A DNA stretch of 64,000 nucleotides from an uncultured Gammaproteobacteria bacterium (GCA_964600575.1 CAZRJH010000004.1:6711-70710), one strand, 5' to 3'. Counted from the first letter of the stretch, positions 1 to 10,256 are shown. The notes: generated by a model from the letters alone, not told the origin. A program made the numbers and translations.

Positions 1-2
1 TG

Positions 3-557
3 GTTGCAGTTGGAGCACAGTGTGATCTCATTAACGCAAAAAATGAGCTTATTGGAAGCAAAAGGTTCCCTGTTTCAGACGACTCAATTCGCAAAATGAT
101 TTTTAGCAGTGTTCCTTTGCAGCAACCGGCAATGATGGTCAACAGACTTCTTCTTCCAAAAGATTTTGTTTGGTATGACGAGACTTTTTCTTCTGCAGAA
201 GAGCTTGAGCTTTTGTTTAAGTTTTTCCAAATTGGTAAAGTTAGAAATTTACCTGAAGTGCTTTTGAAATACAGAATTCACGGATCAAACACATCTTTAG
301 TGAATCCTAAAAAGACGTTCAAATTAACTTTAAAGACTAGGTTTAGAGCAATATCTAGGTATGGTTACAGGCCAACAATTAAAGGCCTAGCCGTCACCCT
401 CGCACAATTTTCTGTGATATCACTCATTCCAAATAAATGGATATACCCGCTTTATGTTTTTACTAGGGGAATGAATAAACTAAAAGCTACCAATGTTACA
501 ATTAAAAACAATGAACAGTTCGTTTTTGAAGAAAAGCTTCAGTTGGTTAAAGCATAA
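3..557 (+). CDS. Glycosyltransferase family 2, C-terminal part (5' truncated by window edge)
   Basis: Frame open from position 3 (VAVGAQCDLINAKNELIG..); GT2-like motifs QQPAMM, SAEELEL, NLPEVLLKYRIHGSN. Confidence 0.8.
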   Translation, partial: VAVGAQCDLINAKNELIGSKRFPVSDDSIRKMIFSSVPLQQPAMMVNRLLLPKDFVWYDETFSSAEELELLFKFFQIGKVRNLPEVLLKYRIHGSNTSLVNPKKTFKLTLKTRFRAISRYGYRPTIKGLAVTLAQFSVISLIPNKWIYPLYVFTRGMNKLKATNVTIKNNEQFVFEEKLQLVKA

Positions 558-3177
558 CTCTTTAAGTATTTTTCTACCTCTATGTATTTTGGCTATAGTC
601 TCCTTTATTTCTTATAAAAGTTACATTCCTGAAACGTGGCTGTTGGGATGGGATGATTTGGCTCCCGAGCTCAACTTTGGATTAAACATAGAAAGAAGCT
701 TGTCTTCTCCTTGGCAAGAATACCAAGGGCTTGGTCTTTTGGGTGGCATGGGTCACGCTTCTGATTTAATCAGACAGATTTTTTTGCTAATTGCTTCGTT
801 TGCTTTTAAAACCTCTTTTATTAGGTACCTTTGGACGTTTTTAATGCTTGCGCTTGGGCCCTTGGGTGTATTTTTTTTCTTTAGGAAACAGGGAGAAGGG
901 AGTAGTTACAAGTTTGCAGCCTTTGCTTCATCTATATTTTATGTATTTAATTATTCCACTCTACAAACTTTTTTTACCCCTTTCGAAACCTTTGTAACCT
1001 TTTATGGTTTCTTTCCTTGGTTAGTTCTTTTTGCTCAAGAATATCTGAACAAGGGTAGAAAGTCTTCACTTTTTATATATTTAATAATATTAATTTTGGG
1101 AAGTACTTCTTTCTATGTTCAAACTTTATTTGTTGTTTATGTCATCTTTTTGGCTGTTTTTTGTTTAGAAGCTATATTTTTAAGAAAGAATGGATTTTTA
1201 AGGTCTTTAATTCTCGGTGTTGCAACTTTTGTTGTTTCGGCCTACTGGTTATTACCAGTTGGTTACTACGCTATCAAAAACTCGAGTGTTCCCACCGACT
1301 CTCATATAAATTCGATTGCCACCCCAGAGACTCAACTTATGAATAAGGCTAGGGGTGACTTTTCAAGCATAGCCTCACTAAAAGGGTATTGGTTTGATTA
1401 TTACGACTGGGACGCTCTGGGTAACTACGACCTAATGTATAAAGACTATATTTCTTACACATCTCAAAATATAGTTCTTAACACACTAATTGTACTTTTT
1501 GCGGTGTCGGTTTTGGGAATACTTACAAATCTTTTTGTTAAAAACAAAGATAAACAATTTAAAGTGTCGTATCTCTTTTTGCTTTTTGTTTGTTACTTTA
1601 TGTTGGCGGGTGACAACAAACCGTTTGGTCAGATCTATTTACTTCTACAAAACAATTTTCCGGTTTTTGCAGAAATATTTAGAAACTCGTTTACAAAATG
1701 GTCCATACCGACAAGTTTTTTGTACGCTGTGGGCGTTGGTTACTTTGTGTCACATTTTTCTGGTATTTTCAAAGGTAAGACTAAAGTTTTTTTTGCTATT
1801 GCTTTAGCATTGTTGTTTGCATGCGTTTCGATGTTCACATTGTTACCTGTCGCTAAGGATGGATTGATTTCAAAAACAATGAAAATTGACTTGCCAAGTG
1901 ACTATGAGCAAGTGATTAAATACTTTAAAAATCAGCCAATTGACGGAAGAATTGCCAGTTTCCCGTTGACCGACTTTTGGGGATGGAAATTTAACAGTTG
2001 GGGATACAGGGGGAGCGGCTTCTTGTGGTACGGAGTACAGCAACCGATTTTAGATAGAGCCTTTGATGTATGGAGCAAAAAGAACGAAACTGCTTATGAG
2101 GAAATAAATTATGTTTTTAATTACGGAACCAGTGGGGACACAGAAAGAGAGTTGGCTAAGTACAAAATTAAATACATTTTATTTGATCAGAGTATCTATA
2201 TTCCAGGCAATCCGAACTTTTTAGATTTTTTGGAAAAGCAAAGAAATAAAATTGAATCTTTACCAGGGGTCACAAAGGAAGAAACTTTTGGCAAAATAAT
2301 AATCTACAAAATGGACCTAGTAGAAACCAACAACTTTGTTTCTGCTCCCAAAGTATCTTATCCTACACTTTTGGAATTTTCTCAAACAGGTAGACCAGAA
2401 ATAACTGAAAGTTTCTCGGGGGAGCAGGGGTACAAAGATGCAGAGAACTGTAGCATTGGAGAAGTCGGAAAAGTGACAAAAAGTGTGCAAAGTCATTCTT
2501 ATGTATACAAGGCACAAAATGACGGCGTTTCTTGTGATTATTTTTATTATCCAAGTTTAGATTACTCCAAGGGATACATACTTAGGATAAAAGGTAACAA
2601 TATCCAAGGCAGATCGCTTAAATTCTATTTATTTAATGTTAAAAGTGGACAGGTCGATATTGAAAGACTTTTGCCTGCAGGTGATTTTGATGAATATTAC
2701 AAAATTTATCCAACATCATTTACTAAGTCTGTTGGGGAGGGATTCACATTGAATGTGGAGACACGGTCTTTTGGTAACTTTACATCTGAAAATGTGATAA
2801 ATGTGATAGAGTTTTATCCGGTAGATACCACCAGGTCACAACCTCAGCAAATTTTAAACAATCTTGATATAGTGTCTGTATCTAAATTTGGTACTTGGGG
2901 ATATAAGATCGCAAAAGAAGGCAAAGGCTTATTGGAATTAGATCAAGGTTACGAAGACGGGTGGATTGCTTTTAGTATTGACTCTCCAACTTGGCAAATG
3001 CGTATATATGATCACAAAATATATAATTCCTGGTCCAACTCGTGGAATATAGATAACGATGCTAAGGTTATTTATATATTTTTCTGGCCACAGCTTCTGG
3101 AGTGGGGTGGACTGATTTTGGCGCTAGGAAGCCTTGTTTTTATATTCAAAAAGACTTCAAAACTTGACACCCCATAG
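493..3177 (+). CDS. Large polytopic membrane protein, GT-C/YfhO-like glycan-modifying family
   Basis: About 11-13 hydrophobic helices, N-terminal GWDD acidic motif, large soluble C-domain, final TM after an 'NSWSNSW' motif; next to a GT2 gene. Confidence 0.6.
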   Translation: MLQLKTMNSSFLKKSFSWLKHNSLSIFLPLCILAIVSFISYKSYIPETWLLGWDDLAPELNFGLNIERSLSSPWQEYQGLGLLGGMGHASDLIRQIFLLIASFAFKTSFIRYLWTFLMLALGPLGVFFFFRKQGEGSSYKFAAFASSIFYVFNYSTLQTFFTPFETFVTFYGFFPWLVLFAQEYLNKGRKSSLFIYLIILILGSTSFYVQTLFVVYVIFLAVFCLEAIFLRKNGFLRSLILGVATFVVSAYWLLPVGYYAIKNSSVPTDSHINSIATPETQLMNKARGDFSSIASLKGYWFDYYDWDALGNYDLMYKDYISYTSQNIVLNTLIVLFAVSVLGILTNLFVKNKDKQFKVSYLFLLFVCYFMLAGDNKPFGQIYLLLQNNFPVFAEIFRNSFTKWSIPTSFLYAVGVGYFVSHFSGIFKGKTKVFFAIALALLFACVSMFTLLPVAKDGLISKTMKIDLPSDYEQVIKYFKNQPIDGRIASFPLTDFWGWKFNSWGYRGSGFLWYGVQQPILDRAFDVWSKKNETAYEEINYVFNYGTSGDTERELAKYKIKYILFDQSIYIPGNPNFLDFLEKQRNKIESLPGVTKEETFGKIIIYKMDLVETNNFVSAPKVSYPTLLEFSQTGRPEITESFSGEQGYKDAENCSIGEVGKVTKSVQSHSYVYKAQNDGVSCDYFYYPSLDYSKGYILRIKGNNIQGRSLKFYLFNVKSGQVDIERLLPAGDFDEYYKIYPTSFTKSVGEGFTLNVETRSFGNFTSENVINVIEFYPVDTTRSQPQQILNNLDIVSVSKFGTWGYKIAKEGKGLLELDQGYEDGWIAFSIDSPTWQMRIYDHKIYNSWSNSWNIDNDAKVIYIFFWPQLLEWGGLILALGSLVFIFKKTSKLDTP

Positions 3178-3192
3178 TTTTTGTGATATAGT
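3164..3192 (+). promoter_or_regulatory. Sigma70 promoter with extended -10
   Basis: TTGACA (3164-3169), 17-bp spacer, TGa-TATAGT (3184-3192). Confidence 0.75.
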
Positions 3193-3196
3193 ATAG

Positions 3197-3411
3197 TTCT
3201 ACTTCGGAGGGTTTAGACCTCCATTTTTGCGGAGCCTTTAAGCCCTCCGGAGAGAAATTTTTAAATACGAAGTAAAACAAGTTTTGGCTTTGCGTTCAAT
3301 TCATCCTCGTCATGAGATGACAAGGATTCCTTGAAATGCATAGTAGAAAAATACGGTAAATCCGAGTACTTGTGCTTTTAGGCACGATTACTCAGGTTTA
3401 CCGTTTTTTTT
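3197..3411 (+). ncRNA. Candidate structured non-coding RNA (~210 nt), family unknown
   Basis: Lies between a consensus promoter and a hairpin plus U8; three consecutive long hairpins; no leaderless ATG; next gene is convergent. Confidence 0.55.
3353..3411 (+). terminator. Intrinsic terminator-like hairpin, possibly bidirectional
   Basis: ACGGTAAA(3353-60)/TTTACCGT(3397-3404) with inner GAGTA/TACTC and GTGC/GCAC pairs, then a T run to 3411. Confidence 0.7.
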
Positions 3412-3415
3412 GGCC

Positions 3416-3772
3416 TCAATTCCCGGAGAAGCTTCTTTGAAGATCTATCTTTTGGGCTATCTCTTTAAGCTCTTCCCAGATAGTTTCCTCCTCTTCGTAT
3501 CTACCCGATTGGTTTGAGCCTCTAAGCATCTTCCAGGTTCTATCCCAGAGCCCCCACAACGGGTTTTCGCGCCTGGGATCCGGTATTCCTATGTTCGTAG
3601 CTATCTCTTGGGCAAGTTCTGTAAGGCGGTCTTCTAGAAGGTCTATTTGGGTGTTAACCTCGCGGCTTTCGGGGTCGCCCTGCCTGGTTTCTCTCAAAAG
3701 TCGGATGGTGGCCTCATATTCACCTGAAAGGGGGTGTTTATTAAGTTGTTCTTTAAAGCTCTCTTTGGACAT
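3416..3772 (-). CDS. Hypothetical helical protein
   Basis: 118-aa ORF with TGaTATAAT 5 nt before ATG. Confidence 0.65.
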   Translation of the reverse strand: MSKESFKEQLNKHPLSGEYEATIRLLRETRQGDPESREVNTQIDLLEDRLTELAQEIATNIGIPDPRRENPLWGLWDRTWKMLRGSNQSGRYEEEETIWEELKEIAQKIDLQRSFSGN

Positions 3773-3820
3773 GTTTAATTATATCACCCATAGTCTAGAC
3801 TCAGAAAAAGTGTTTAAGGC

Positions 3821-3876
3821 AAAAAACAGCCCCCGGGTGTTAACAACATCTTGCGATGTGCAACAACCACGGGGGC
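3821..3876 (-). terminator. Intrinsic terminator for the 5771-3940 genes
   Basis: GCCCCCG(3829-35)/CGGGGGC(3870-76) stem with an inner ACATC/GATGT hairpin, followed by TGTTTTTT on the minus strand. Confidence 0.6.
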
Positions 3877-3939
3877 GAGTCGGAATCAGTAGGGCACTAA
3901 GAATCCCATTAAACTTAGGCTTAATCTGACCCTGACAAA

Positions 3940-4752
3940 TTACCTGCTTTCAAGCTCACGCTTGAGATGTTCGATCTCGGCAAAGAGATCTGCAACGGGA
4001 ACGGGTGACACATGACCATGATTCTGGGCATAATCCCAAAGGCTGGCTTTAACCAGGCTATCTTTGGTGTCCGGAAACTGGTCGATTCGGTGTGCACCGC
4101 CGCGCATGATGATGTCGTCGTCGAGGACTACTATCGTGTTTTCGCCTGCAAAAGGCACTGACACGGTGGGGAAAGCGGTTTCCACCCATTGGCGGTTACC
4201 AACTTGCCAGCCTTCGACTTGGGGCATCACGCTGTCCGGGACTGAAAATCCGGATTTTTTGAGAGCGCGTACTGCCGCATCGGTCATTTTTTCGCCTGCG
4301 TTTGCCCATGTGCCGGGGATCGATTCTTCGATCTCATTTCCGGCTTTCCCTGTTTCGGGATTCACTATCACGGGGCGCAGTTCCTTGACCGAACGAACAT
4401 AGATTCCATCCTTGCCTTCACCTGTGACCACGACCATAACCGAGGGAGTCGCATGACCCCAGAATTCGGCGGTGGGACCGTCGCTGATGACGATTGCATC
4501 AAAGTTGTATTCGACAACATTACCGTTATCATCAACCTTAACATATGCCATGTGGCGGCGGGTTCCCCAAGGATTCCAAAACCCTGCAAAGTCGACGAGT
4601 ACCGTCAACCAAAGCGGGATCTGCACCTTGATGGTGTACTTGCGGAAAAGTGTAACGACGGCGTGCCAGCCATTTTTGCCGATGGTGGCGCGGTTCTTCC
4701 AGAGAAGGTTAAAAGGGACCTTATGGAAGGGGATTACGATTTGCTTGTTCAT
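3940..4752 (-). CDS. Hypothetical protein, degenerate Nudix-like fold
   Basis: ELRPV..ESIPGTWANAGEKMTDAAVRALKKSG resembles a Nudix box lacking the REUxEE acids. Confidence 0.5.
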   Translation of the reverse strand: MNKQIVIPFHKVPFNLLWKNRATIGKNGWHAVVTLFRKYTIKVQIPLWLTVLVDFAGFWNPWGTRRHMAYVKVDDNGNVVEYNFDAIVISDGPTAEFWGHATPSVMVVVTGEGKDGIYVRSVKELRPVIVNPETGKAGNEIEESIPGTWANAGEKMTDAAVRALKKSGFSVPDSVMPQVEGWQVGNRQWVETAFPTVSVPFAGENTIVVLDDDIIMRGGAHRIDQFPDTKDSLVKASLWDYAQNHGHVSPVPVADLFAEIEHLKRELESR

Positions 4753-4874
4753 TTTACTAGCTCCTGTTTTAGACAGGGCATAAGTGGAATCTTCAATTCC
4801 TACTTAGACCAAAAGCTAGAATCATCGGACTTCAACCGATGAATGGGATTTTTCTTATCCGGCCTTTAAAAAGG

Positions 4875-5771
4875 CTAGATTGTTACGGCCTGTTTCGGTA
4901 AAAGGTGAGGGAATTGTGAGCCCCAGAGGGAGAGGAATCTCGACCAGATTGAGATCGAATAATTTTCTCCGAAAAAGGCTAGTTTGTCCTCATCATTTTT
5001 GAGGTGGGCGTTCAGGTGTTTGGCAACTTCTTCGATATCATAGACCATAGGACTGCTTTGTAAATCGTGCCCGTTGAAATCCTCGGTTTTCTCTCCGGGG
5101 TATTCTTGCGCGATTTTTGAGTCCGTCAAAAGTTTCTGAATCTCTGAATTTTCCATTTCCTGACTAAGCTCAACCACAACCAGGTGGTAGGAGATTTTAT
5201 TCGCATACTGCGCATTATTCTCCCAAACAGGTTTGCCCATACTATGTTCGGTAACTTTGGCAACCTGTGAGCTTTCGACCAAACCGGGGAAGTCGCGTTT
5301 AAAAAGTGCCACTCCCGGATTATCAGTCGAATCTTTTATCCAACCTCTTGAGAATTCGATAAAGAGGTCTTTGCCTGCAAACTGATACTTTCTGCGTGCA
5401 AGCGCAAGCCACTTAAACGAAGTTCCCCGAGGAACTTTCACCAAAACCATACATATTGCTGTGTCGGGCCCAAAACGCACAACTTGTGTTGTGTCTTCTT
5501 TTTTCTGGGGCGACAGAACTCTGAACTGTACCCATTTGAGGTTTAACTCTTTAAAGCTGAACTGAGCATTGATAGGCTCGACAAAACGGATTTGCATCTC
5601 GTTTTTACCTGTACCAACCTTGTCAGCCCAACTCTTCCAGCTACCCAGGGCTCCCCGGATATCAGAAAGTAAGTGTTCACGCCACTGGGCATCTTCTGCC
5701 GTTTGGCGCATTTCCTCGGCCAGGTAGGGCCTTGGATAATTGCTTCGCATTTTGTCCTCCTCCGTCGTCAA
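4875..5771 (-). CDS. Hypothetical protein, remote ADP-ribose pyrophosphatase/Nudix-like
   Basis: LARRKYQFAGKDLFIEFSRGW resembles the 'vrQYRyp.g..llElPaG' strand preceding Nudix boxes. Confidence 0.45.
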   Translation of the reverse strand: MTTEEDKMRSNYPRPYLAEEMRQTAEDAQWREHLLSDIRGALGSWKSWADKVGTGKNEMQIRFVEPINAQFSFKELNLKWVQFRVLSPQKKEDTTQVVRFGPDTAICMVLVKVPRGTSFKWLALARRKYQFAGKDLFIEFSRGWIKDSTDNPGVALFKRDFPGLVESSQVAKVTEHSMGKPVWENNAQYANKISYHLVVVELSQEMENSEIQKLLTDSKIAQEYPGEKTEDFNGHDLQSSPMVYDIEEVAKHLNAHLKNDEDKLAFFGENYSISIWSRFLSLWGSQFPHLLPKQAVTI

Positions 5772-5916
5772 CGGATGGATTTAATAATTCTCTACGCAGG
5801 GCTTCATTCCTGTCGCAGAGTGAATGTGAACGTGCACGAACCCAAAAAGGTCCGAGGCGGAATTGTATCAAAATTCAGGCACAAAGTCAATATTATGGGC
5901 TTAAATTACAAAACAG

Positions 5917-5944
5917 TTGACACGGTTACAAATTAAGCTATACT
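5917..5944 (+). promoter_or_regulatory. Sigma70 promoter of rho
   Basis: TTGACA-16 bp-TATACT. Confidence 0.65.
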
Positions 5945-6010
5945 AATACAAGTACTTACAAGAAAGTAACTCTTCCGTTTTTTCCGAACAGTTTAGTTAA
6001 ACAAAAAATC

Positions 6011-7324
6011 ATGGCTTTGAAAAAAACCACCACAGATACTCCCGACGAGAACGTTCAATCGTTAGTCGGTGCACCTCAAGACGCCGGGTCTTTGCCCGCT
6101 CCTCCTGTTGCAATTACCGAAGTAACTCCTAATCCTTTAGTTGTTGATGACAGAATGATTCCCGACGCAGGACTCCCTACGGATTTTGTAGAAGGAGTAC
6201 TCGATATTGCCAACGAAGGGTCGGGACTACTACGACCTTCTCATTTTGCTCCCAGCGATCATGATGTTTATATTTCATCTTCCCAAATAAGAAGATTCAA
6301 TCTTAGAGTGGGGGATGTTGTCGGCGGACAAGCAAGACGACCCAAAGAAAACGAAAGATATTGGGGGCTTCTAAAAGTAGAAACCGTTAACGGTGAAGCG
6401 GTAGAAAAAATCGGTAACCGTGCCAATTTTGACGATATGATTGCAATTTATCCAGACGAACAAATCAATTTATCGACCGACAAAGATACATTAACTACCA
6501 GAATGATAGATTTAGTATCACCTGTAGGATTTGGACAGAGAGCTTTGATTGTTGCTCCGCCTAAAGCAGGAAAAACATGGCTTATTAAAGATATTATTGC
6601 CGGAATTGCCAACAACTATCCCGAAGACGGCGATGGAAAAGCCAGAAAAGTTCATGTTATGGCGGTTTTGATTGGTGAGCGCCCAGAAGAAGTTACCGAC
6701 ATTCAAAGAAAAATGAGAGATGTTACAAACGGACACGGAGAAGTTGCCGCATCCAATTTTGACGAAGCACCCCAAGACCAAACCAGAGTCGGCGAACTTG
6801 CTTTGGAACGCGCAAAAAGACTTGTAGAAATGGGACACGATGTTGTAATTGTTTTGGATTCTATTACCAGAATGGCAAGAGCATATAACTTAGCACTTCC
6901 CACAAGTGGAAGAACACTCTCTGGTGGATTTGATCCCATGGCGCTTTTCCCTGCAAAGAAATTCTTTGGAGCAGCCAGAAAAATAGAAGACGGCGGAAGT
7001 TTAACAATTGTCGGAACATGTTTGATTGATACCGGTTCCAGAATGGACGATCTTATTTACGAAGAGTTTAAAGGAACAGGTAATATGGAACTTCATTTAA
7101 GCAGAAAACTTGCCGAGCGCAGAATTTACCCTGCAATTGATATCGGCAAATCGGGAACAAGACAAGATGAACTTTTATTTGGAATGCCAAAACTCAAAAA
7201 AGTTAATACCTTAAGAAGAATGTTGGACTTAATGGGGGAGGACGAAAGAACAGAAGCGCTAACATCCAGATTGGAAAAGACGGAAAACAACGACGAGTTT
7301 TTGGATACCCTCAAAACTGCTTAA
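6011..7324 (+). CDS. rho: Transcription termination factor Rho
   Basis: DVYISSSQIRRFNLRVGD RNA-binding motif, GQRALIVAPPKAGKT Walker A, ERPEEVTD, LDSITRMARAYN, EEFKGTGNMEL. Confidence 0.98.
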   Translation: MALKKTTTDTPDENVQSLVGAPQDAGSLPAPPVAITEVTPNPLVVDDRMIPDAGLPTDFVEGVLDIANEGSGLLRPSHFAPSDHDVYISSSQIRRFNLRVGDVVGGQARRPKENERYWGLLKVETVNGEAVEKIGNRANFDDMIAIYPDEQINLSTDKDTLTTRMIDLVSPVGFGQRALIVAPPKAGKTWLIKDIIAGIANNYPEDGDGKARKVHVMAVLIGERPEEVTDIQRKMRDVTNGHGEVAASNFDEAPQDQTRVGELALERAKRLVEMGHDVVIVLDSITRMARAYNLALPTSGRTLSGGFDPMALFPAKKFFGAARKIEDGGSLTIVGTCLIDTGSRMDDLIYEEFKGTGNMELHLSRKLAERRIYPAIDIGKSGTRQDELLFGMPKLKKVNTLRRMLDLMGEDERTEALTSRLEKTENNDEFLDTLKTA

Positions 7325-7342
7325 TATTATCTTCTTTTAATT

Positions 7343-8254
7343 TTACTTTCTCACCTCGAGTATTTTGAGTGAAGAACCACGTATACCAACATAGAAATAA
7401 ACTTTATCTAGGATTACAAAATAAGAAAATGGCAAAAGTGTCGTTTCCCCAGAAATGCTTTTAGCTTTTGTTTCACCCTCAGCCTTTGTCCAAACAGACC
7501 CTTTTAGCGGTTTAATTGCGACTTTGTCTTGTGAGTCTTGTGGTGATAAAAACCTAAGAACTGCAAATTGTTCCGGGTTTCCCTTTTTTTGTATTTTTAC
7601 TTGAGATAAATCATCGGTGCCAAAAGAAATACTTGTTAAAACACCCGTGTCCTTTTGCGGTTCAGTGTTCCAAACAACATCGACATCTTGATTATCGGAG
7701 TCTTGGCTGTCCGATTCTTGGATTATACCGTCAAAGTTTGCGTTTGCTTTTGAAATTGCGGCGGTTTTTATAACGGTTTGACCCTCTTGATTTGCATATA
7801 TTTTTAAATAATTATTTTGCCCGATCATTGCATAGATTGTTCCAAGTTCTCCGTTTGTAAACGGCGCATATTCAAAGGAATCTTTAGTAAAAACCTCTAG
7901 TTTGCCACCTGCCTCCAGTTTTGTTTCTTGCCCTTGTATCCAAAAAGACAATGATACCTTTGGATATGGATTGTATATGTTGAATGAATATTTTCCCGAG
8001 TTTTGCGGAGCAATCTCAACATCTATATAGGTATCTTTGGGTAGACTTTCGGATTTTTCGTCTGTTATTTCAACCCTGGTTTTTGTATCCGAATTTATTT
8101 TTTCTCTACTTCCGGCATGTAAATATATTTTTTCTTGATAATCGCCTGCGGAAAGGGTAAGTCCTTCTCCTATTTTTATATAAGCAATATTTCCCTCGGG
8201 AGATTTTGCTGCAATTGCAGAAAAGTTTGCTGGTGTTTCATTTATATTTGCCAT
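7343..8254 (-). CDS. Hypothetical beta-rich protein
   Basis: 303-aa ORF, no recognised motif. Confidence 0.7.
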   Translation of the reverse strand: MANINETPANFSAIAAKSPEGNIAYIKIGEGLTLSAGDYQEKIYLHAGSREKINSDTKTRVEITDEKSESLPKDTYIDVEIAPQNSGKYSFNIYNPYPKVSLSFWIQGQETKLEAGGKLEVFTKDSFEYAPFTNGELGTIYAMIGQNNYLKIYANQEGQTVIKTAAISKANANFDGIIQESDSQDSDNQDVDVVWNTEPQKDTGVLTSISFGTDDLSQVKIQKKGNPEQFAVLRFLSPQDSQDKVAIKPLKGSVWTKAEGETKAKSISGETTLLPFSYFVILDKVYFYVGIRGSSLKILEVRK

Positions 8255-8411
8255 TTAGACAATTTTTATATAAGACAAACATATTTGCAAGTGAAATGTA
8301 TACATTTTTTGAACTCCGCTTTTATTTGATTAGCTTTCTTGTCTATGGTATTGTCTGTTCTGGACAAAATAATAAAAAGATAGCCATCTGATTCGCCACT
8401 TTGAATAAAAA

Positions 8412-9503
8412 ATGGATGACACATTCGAAATATTTATAGCGTTGTGGGAAGACATTAAAGAGTTCTTTTATGAACTTGTTAAATATGTTTTCAAAAGTCT
8501 TCATATTAGTTTTTTAAGATTCGAAGAAAAGAAGGGGATATTTGTAACTGCACTTTATAGACAGCGGGGAAAACTTTCGCGAAGGTTAACTCATTCGGGA
8601 ATGGCGGCTATTACAGCACTTGGTGTTGTTATGGCACCAATGATTGCACAGGAATTTCCCGGTAGAAGTGTTAATCCCTGGGAAATAACTTCTGCACCCG
8701 TAGTTTTATCTGCATCAACAGATGACCCAGGAATTGATACACAAATATCTAGTAAAGTAAGGGATAGTATCATAGATTATATTGTTCAGGATGGAGACAC
8801 GATAAAATCCATTGCCAAAAAATTTGATATTTCCGAGGCTACCGTAAAATGGCAAAACGGATTAACCAGTGACAAAATAAAAGTCGGGCAAACAATAAAA
8901 ATCCTTCCCGTTACCGGCATTGCTCATAAAGTTTCTAAAGGAGATACCGTTTACTCTATCGCCAAAAGATATACCTCCGACTCTCAGGCAATAGTAGATT
9001 TTCCTTTTAATGCTTTTTCTAACGATGAAACATTTGAGTTGGCAGTTGGACAGACGGTAATTGTTCCTGACGGCGAAATGCCGACCCAAGCATCTGCGCC
9101 CAGAATCAGGCAAATTACTCCTGATGCTGGAACTGTTGTTGCCTCCGGTCAGTTTGTGTGGCCAACTCAGGGAACGATCACACAAAGGTTTGCCTGGTAC
9201 CATCCGGGATTGGATATTGCTAACCCCTCCGGCCCTGGAGTGGTAGCAGCGGACTCCGGTAAGGTTATTTATGCAGGTTGGGATTCAACCGGATACGGAA
9301 ACATGGTTCTTATTGATCATGGCAACGGATATAAAACCAGGTACGGACACATGAGCCAGATATTTGTGGTTAACGGCCAGAGCGTTGGTAGAGGTTCTGC
9401 AGTAGGAAGGATGGGAAGTACAGGAAGATCTACGGGAACCCACTTACATTTTGAGATTTACCTCAATGCGGGAAGGCTAAGTCCGCTTAACTTTCTAAAG
9501 TAA
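8412..9503 (+). CDS. LysM x2 + M23 family peptidase, membrane anchored
   Basis: YIVQDGDTIKSIAKKF and HKVSKGDTVYSIAKRY LysM repeats; HPGLD, YGH and STGTHLHFE M23 motifs. Confidence 0.93.
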   Translation: MDDTFEIFIALWEDIKEFFYELVKYVFKSLHISFLRFEEKKGIFVTALYRQRGKLSRRLTHSGMAAITALGVVMAPMIAQEFPGRSVNPWEITSAPVVLSASTDDPGIDTQISSKVRDSIIDYIVQDGDTIKSIAKKFDISEATVKWQNGLTSDKIKVGQTIKILPVTGIAHKVSKGDTVYSIAKRYTSDSQAIVDFPFNAFSNDETFELAVGQTVIVPDGEMPTQASAPRIRQITPDAGTVVASGQFVWPTQGTITQRFAWYHPGLDIANPSGPGVVAADSGKVIYAGWDSTGYGNMVLIDHGNGYKTRYGHMSQIFVVNGQSVGRGSAVGRMGSTGRSTGTHLHFEIYLNAGRLSPLNFLK

Positions 9504-9506
9504 TAA

Positions 9507-10256
9507 TTAATCTTCGGGCAGAAAAGTGAAACCTATTGCGGTCAAAAATCCGGAAACAGCAAACAAAAGATCGCTTATATCTCCGTTCCAATATGTGCCA
9601 ACGGCAGAGTTGTAAGAAAAGATGGTGTCCGCGGTTGCAAGCATAATAAAACCAAAAACAAAATAAAGAATGTAAGGATGTTTTGATATACCCTCTTCTG
9701 TTCTTAAAACTATTAGGGCTGCCGCGGTTAACAAAGAATCGGCCATCAAATATATAAAGTTCAGCATATTTGTAGGGTCAAAAAAGCTAATTCCTGCACT
9801 ATTTTGATATATAAATTGATATAAAAGACCAAAAAATATCAGAAAAACAATAAGTCCTTCTAAAAGCATCTTTCTTGTTATCTTTTCCCCCACTGCTTTA
9901 ATTAGAAAGATGATTCCTGCAATTATTCCCGGATAAAAAACTAAAAAGGAGGCATCGGCCCAGGAAGGGTAGGGCATATCTACTTTTAAGACAATGTTGT
10001 AGTAGGACCAAATTAGAAGTCCGATACCGTAAAAACTGTTTCCTATACCAAAAAACAAAGCTGACTTTTTAAGATTTTTATTGTTTTCTATTTTTGAAGA
10101 TTTTATAAACGCAGTAATCGCGCCTATAAAAAAGAAAAGTGAATAAAGAAGGTTAATAGAATAGTTTGCATCTGTTGTGTGGTCGGGATTCATAAACAGT
10201 TGAATATCCACCACTATTACGGCAGCCATTATTAATACCAGAAGCCATCTTGTCAT
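9507..10256 (-). CDS. Multi-pass membrane protein, stand-alone membrane-sensor-like domain
   Basis: About 8 TM helices; PYPSWAD..FLVFYP motif typical of membrane sensor domains fused to kinases/GGDEF; no output domain. Confidence 0.6.
   Translation of the reverse strand: MTRWLLVLIMAAVIVVDIQLFMNPDHTTDANYSINLLYSLFFFIGAITAFIKSSKIENNKNLKKSALFFGIGNSFYGIGLLIWSYYNIVLKVDMPYPSWADASFLVFYPGIIAGIIFLIKAVGEKITRKMLLEGLIVFLIFFGLLYQFIYQNSAGISFFDPTNMLNFIYLMADSLLTAAALIVLRTEEGISKHPYILYFVFGFIMLATADTIFSYNSAVGTYWNGDISDLLFAVSGFLTAIGFTFLPED

Noticed and set aside
3197-3411. tmRNA, SRP RNA, RNase P RNA or T-box leader
   Set aside because: No tRNA-like ends or Ala-ending tag, none of the diagnostic conserved motifs, and no co-oriented downstream gene
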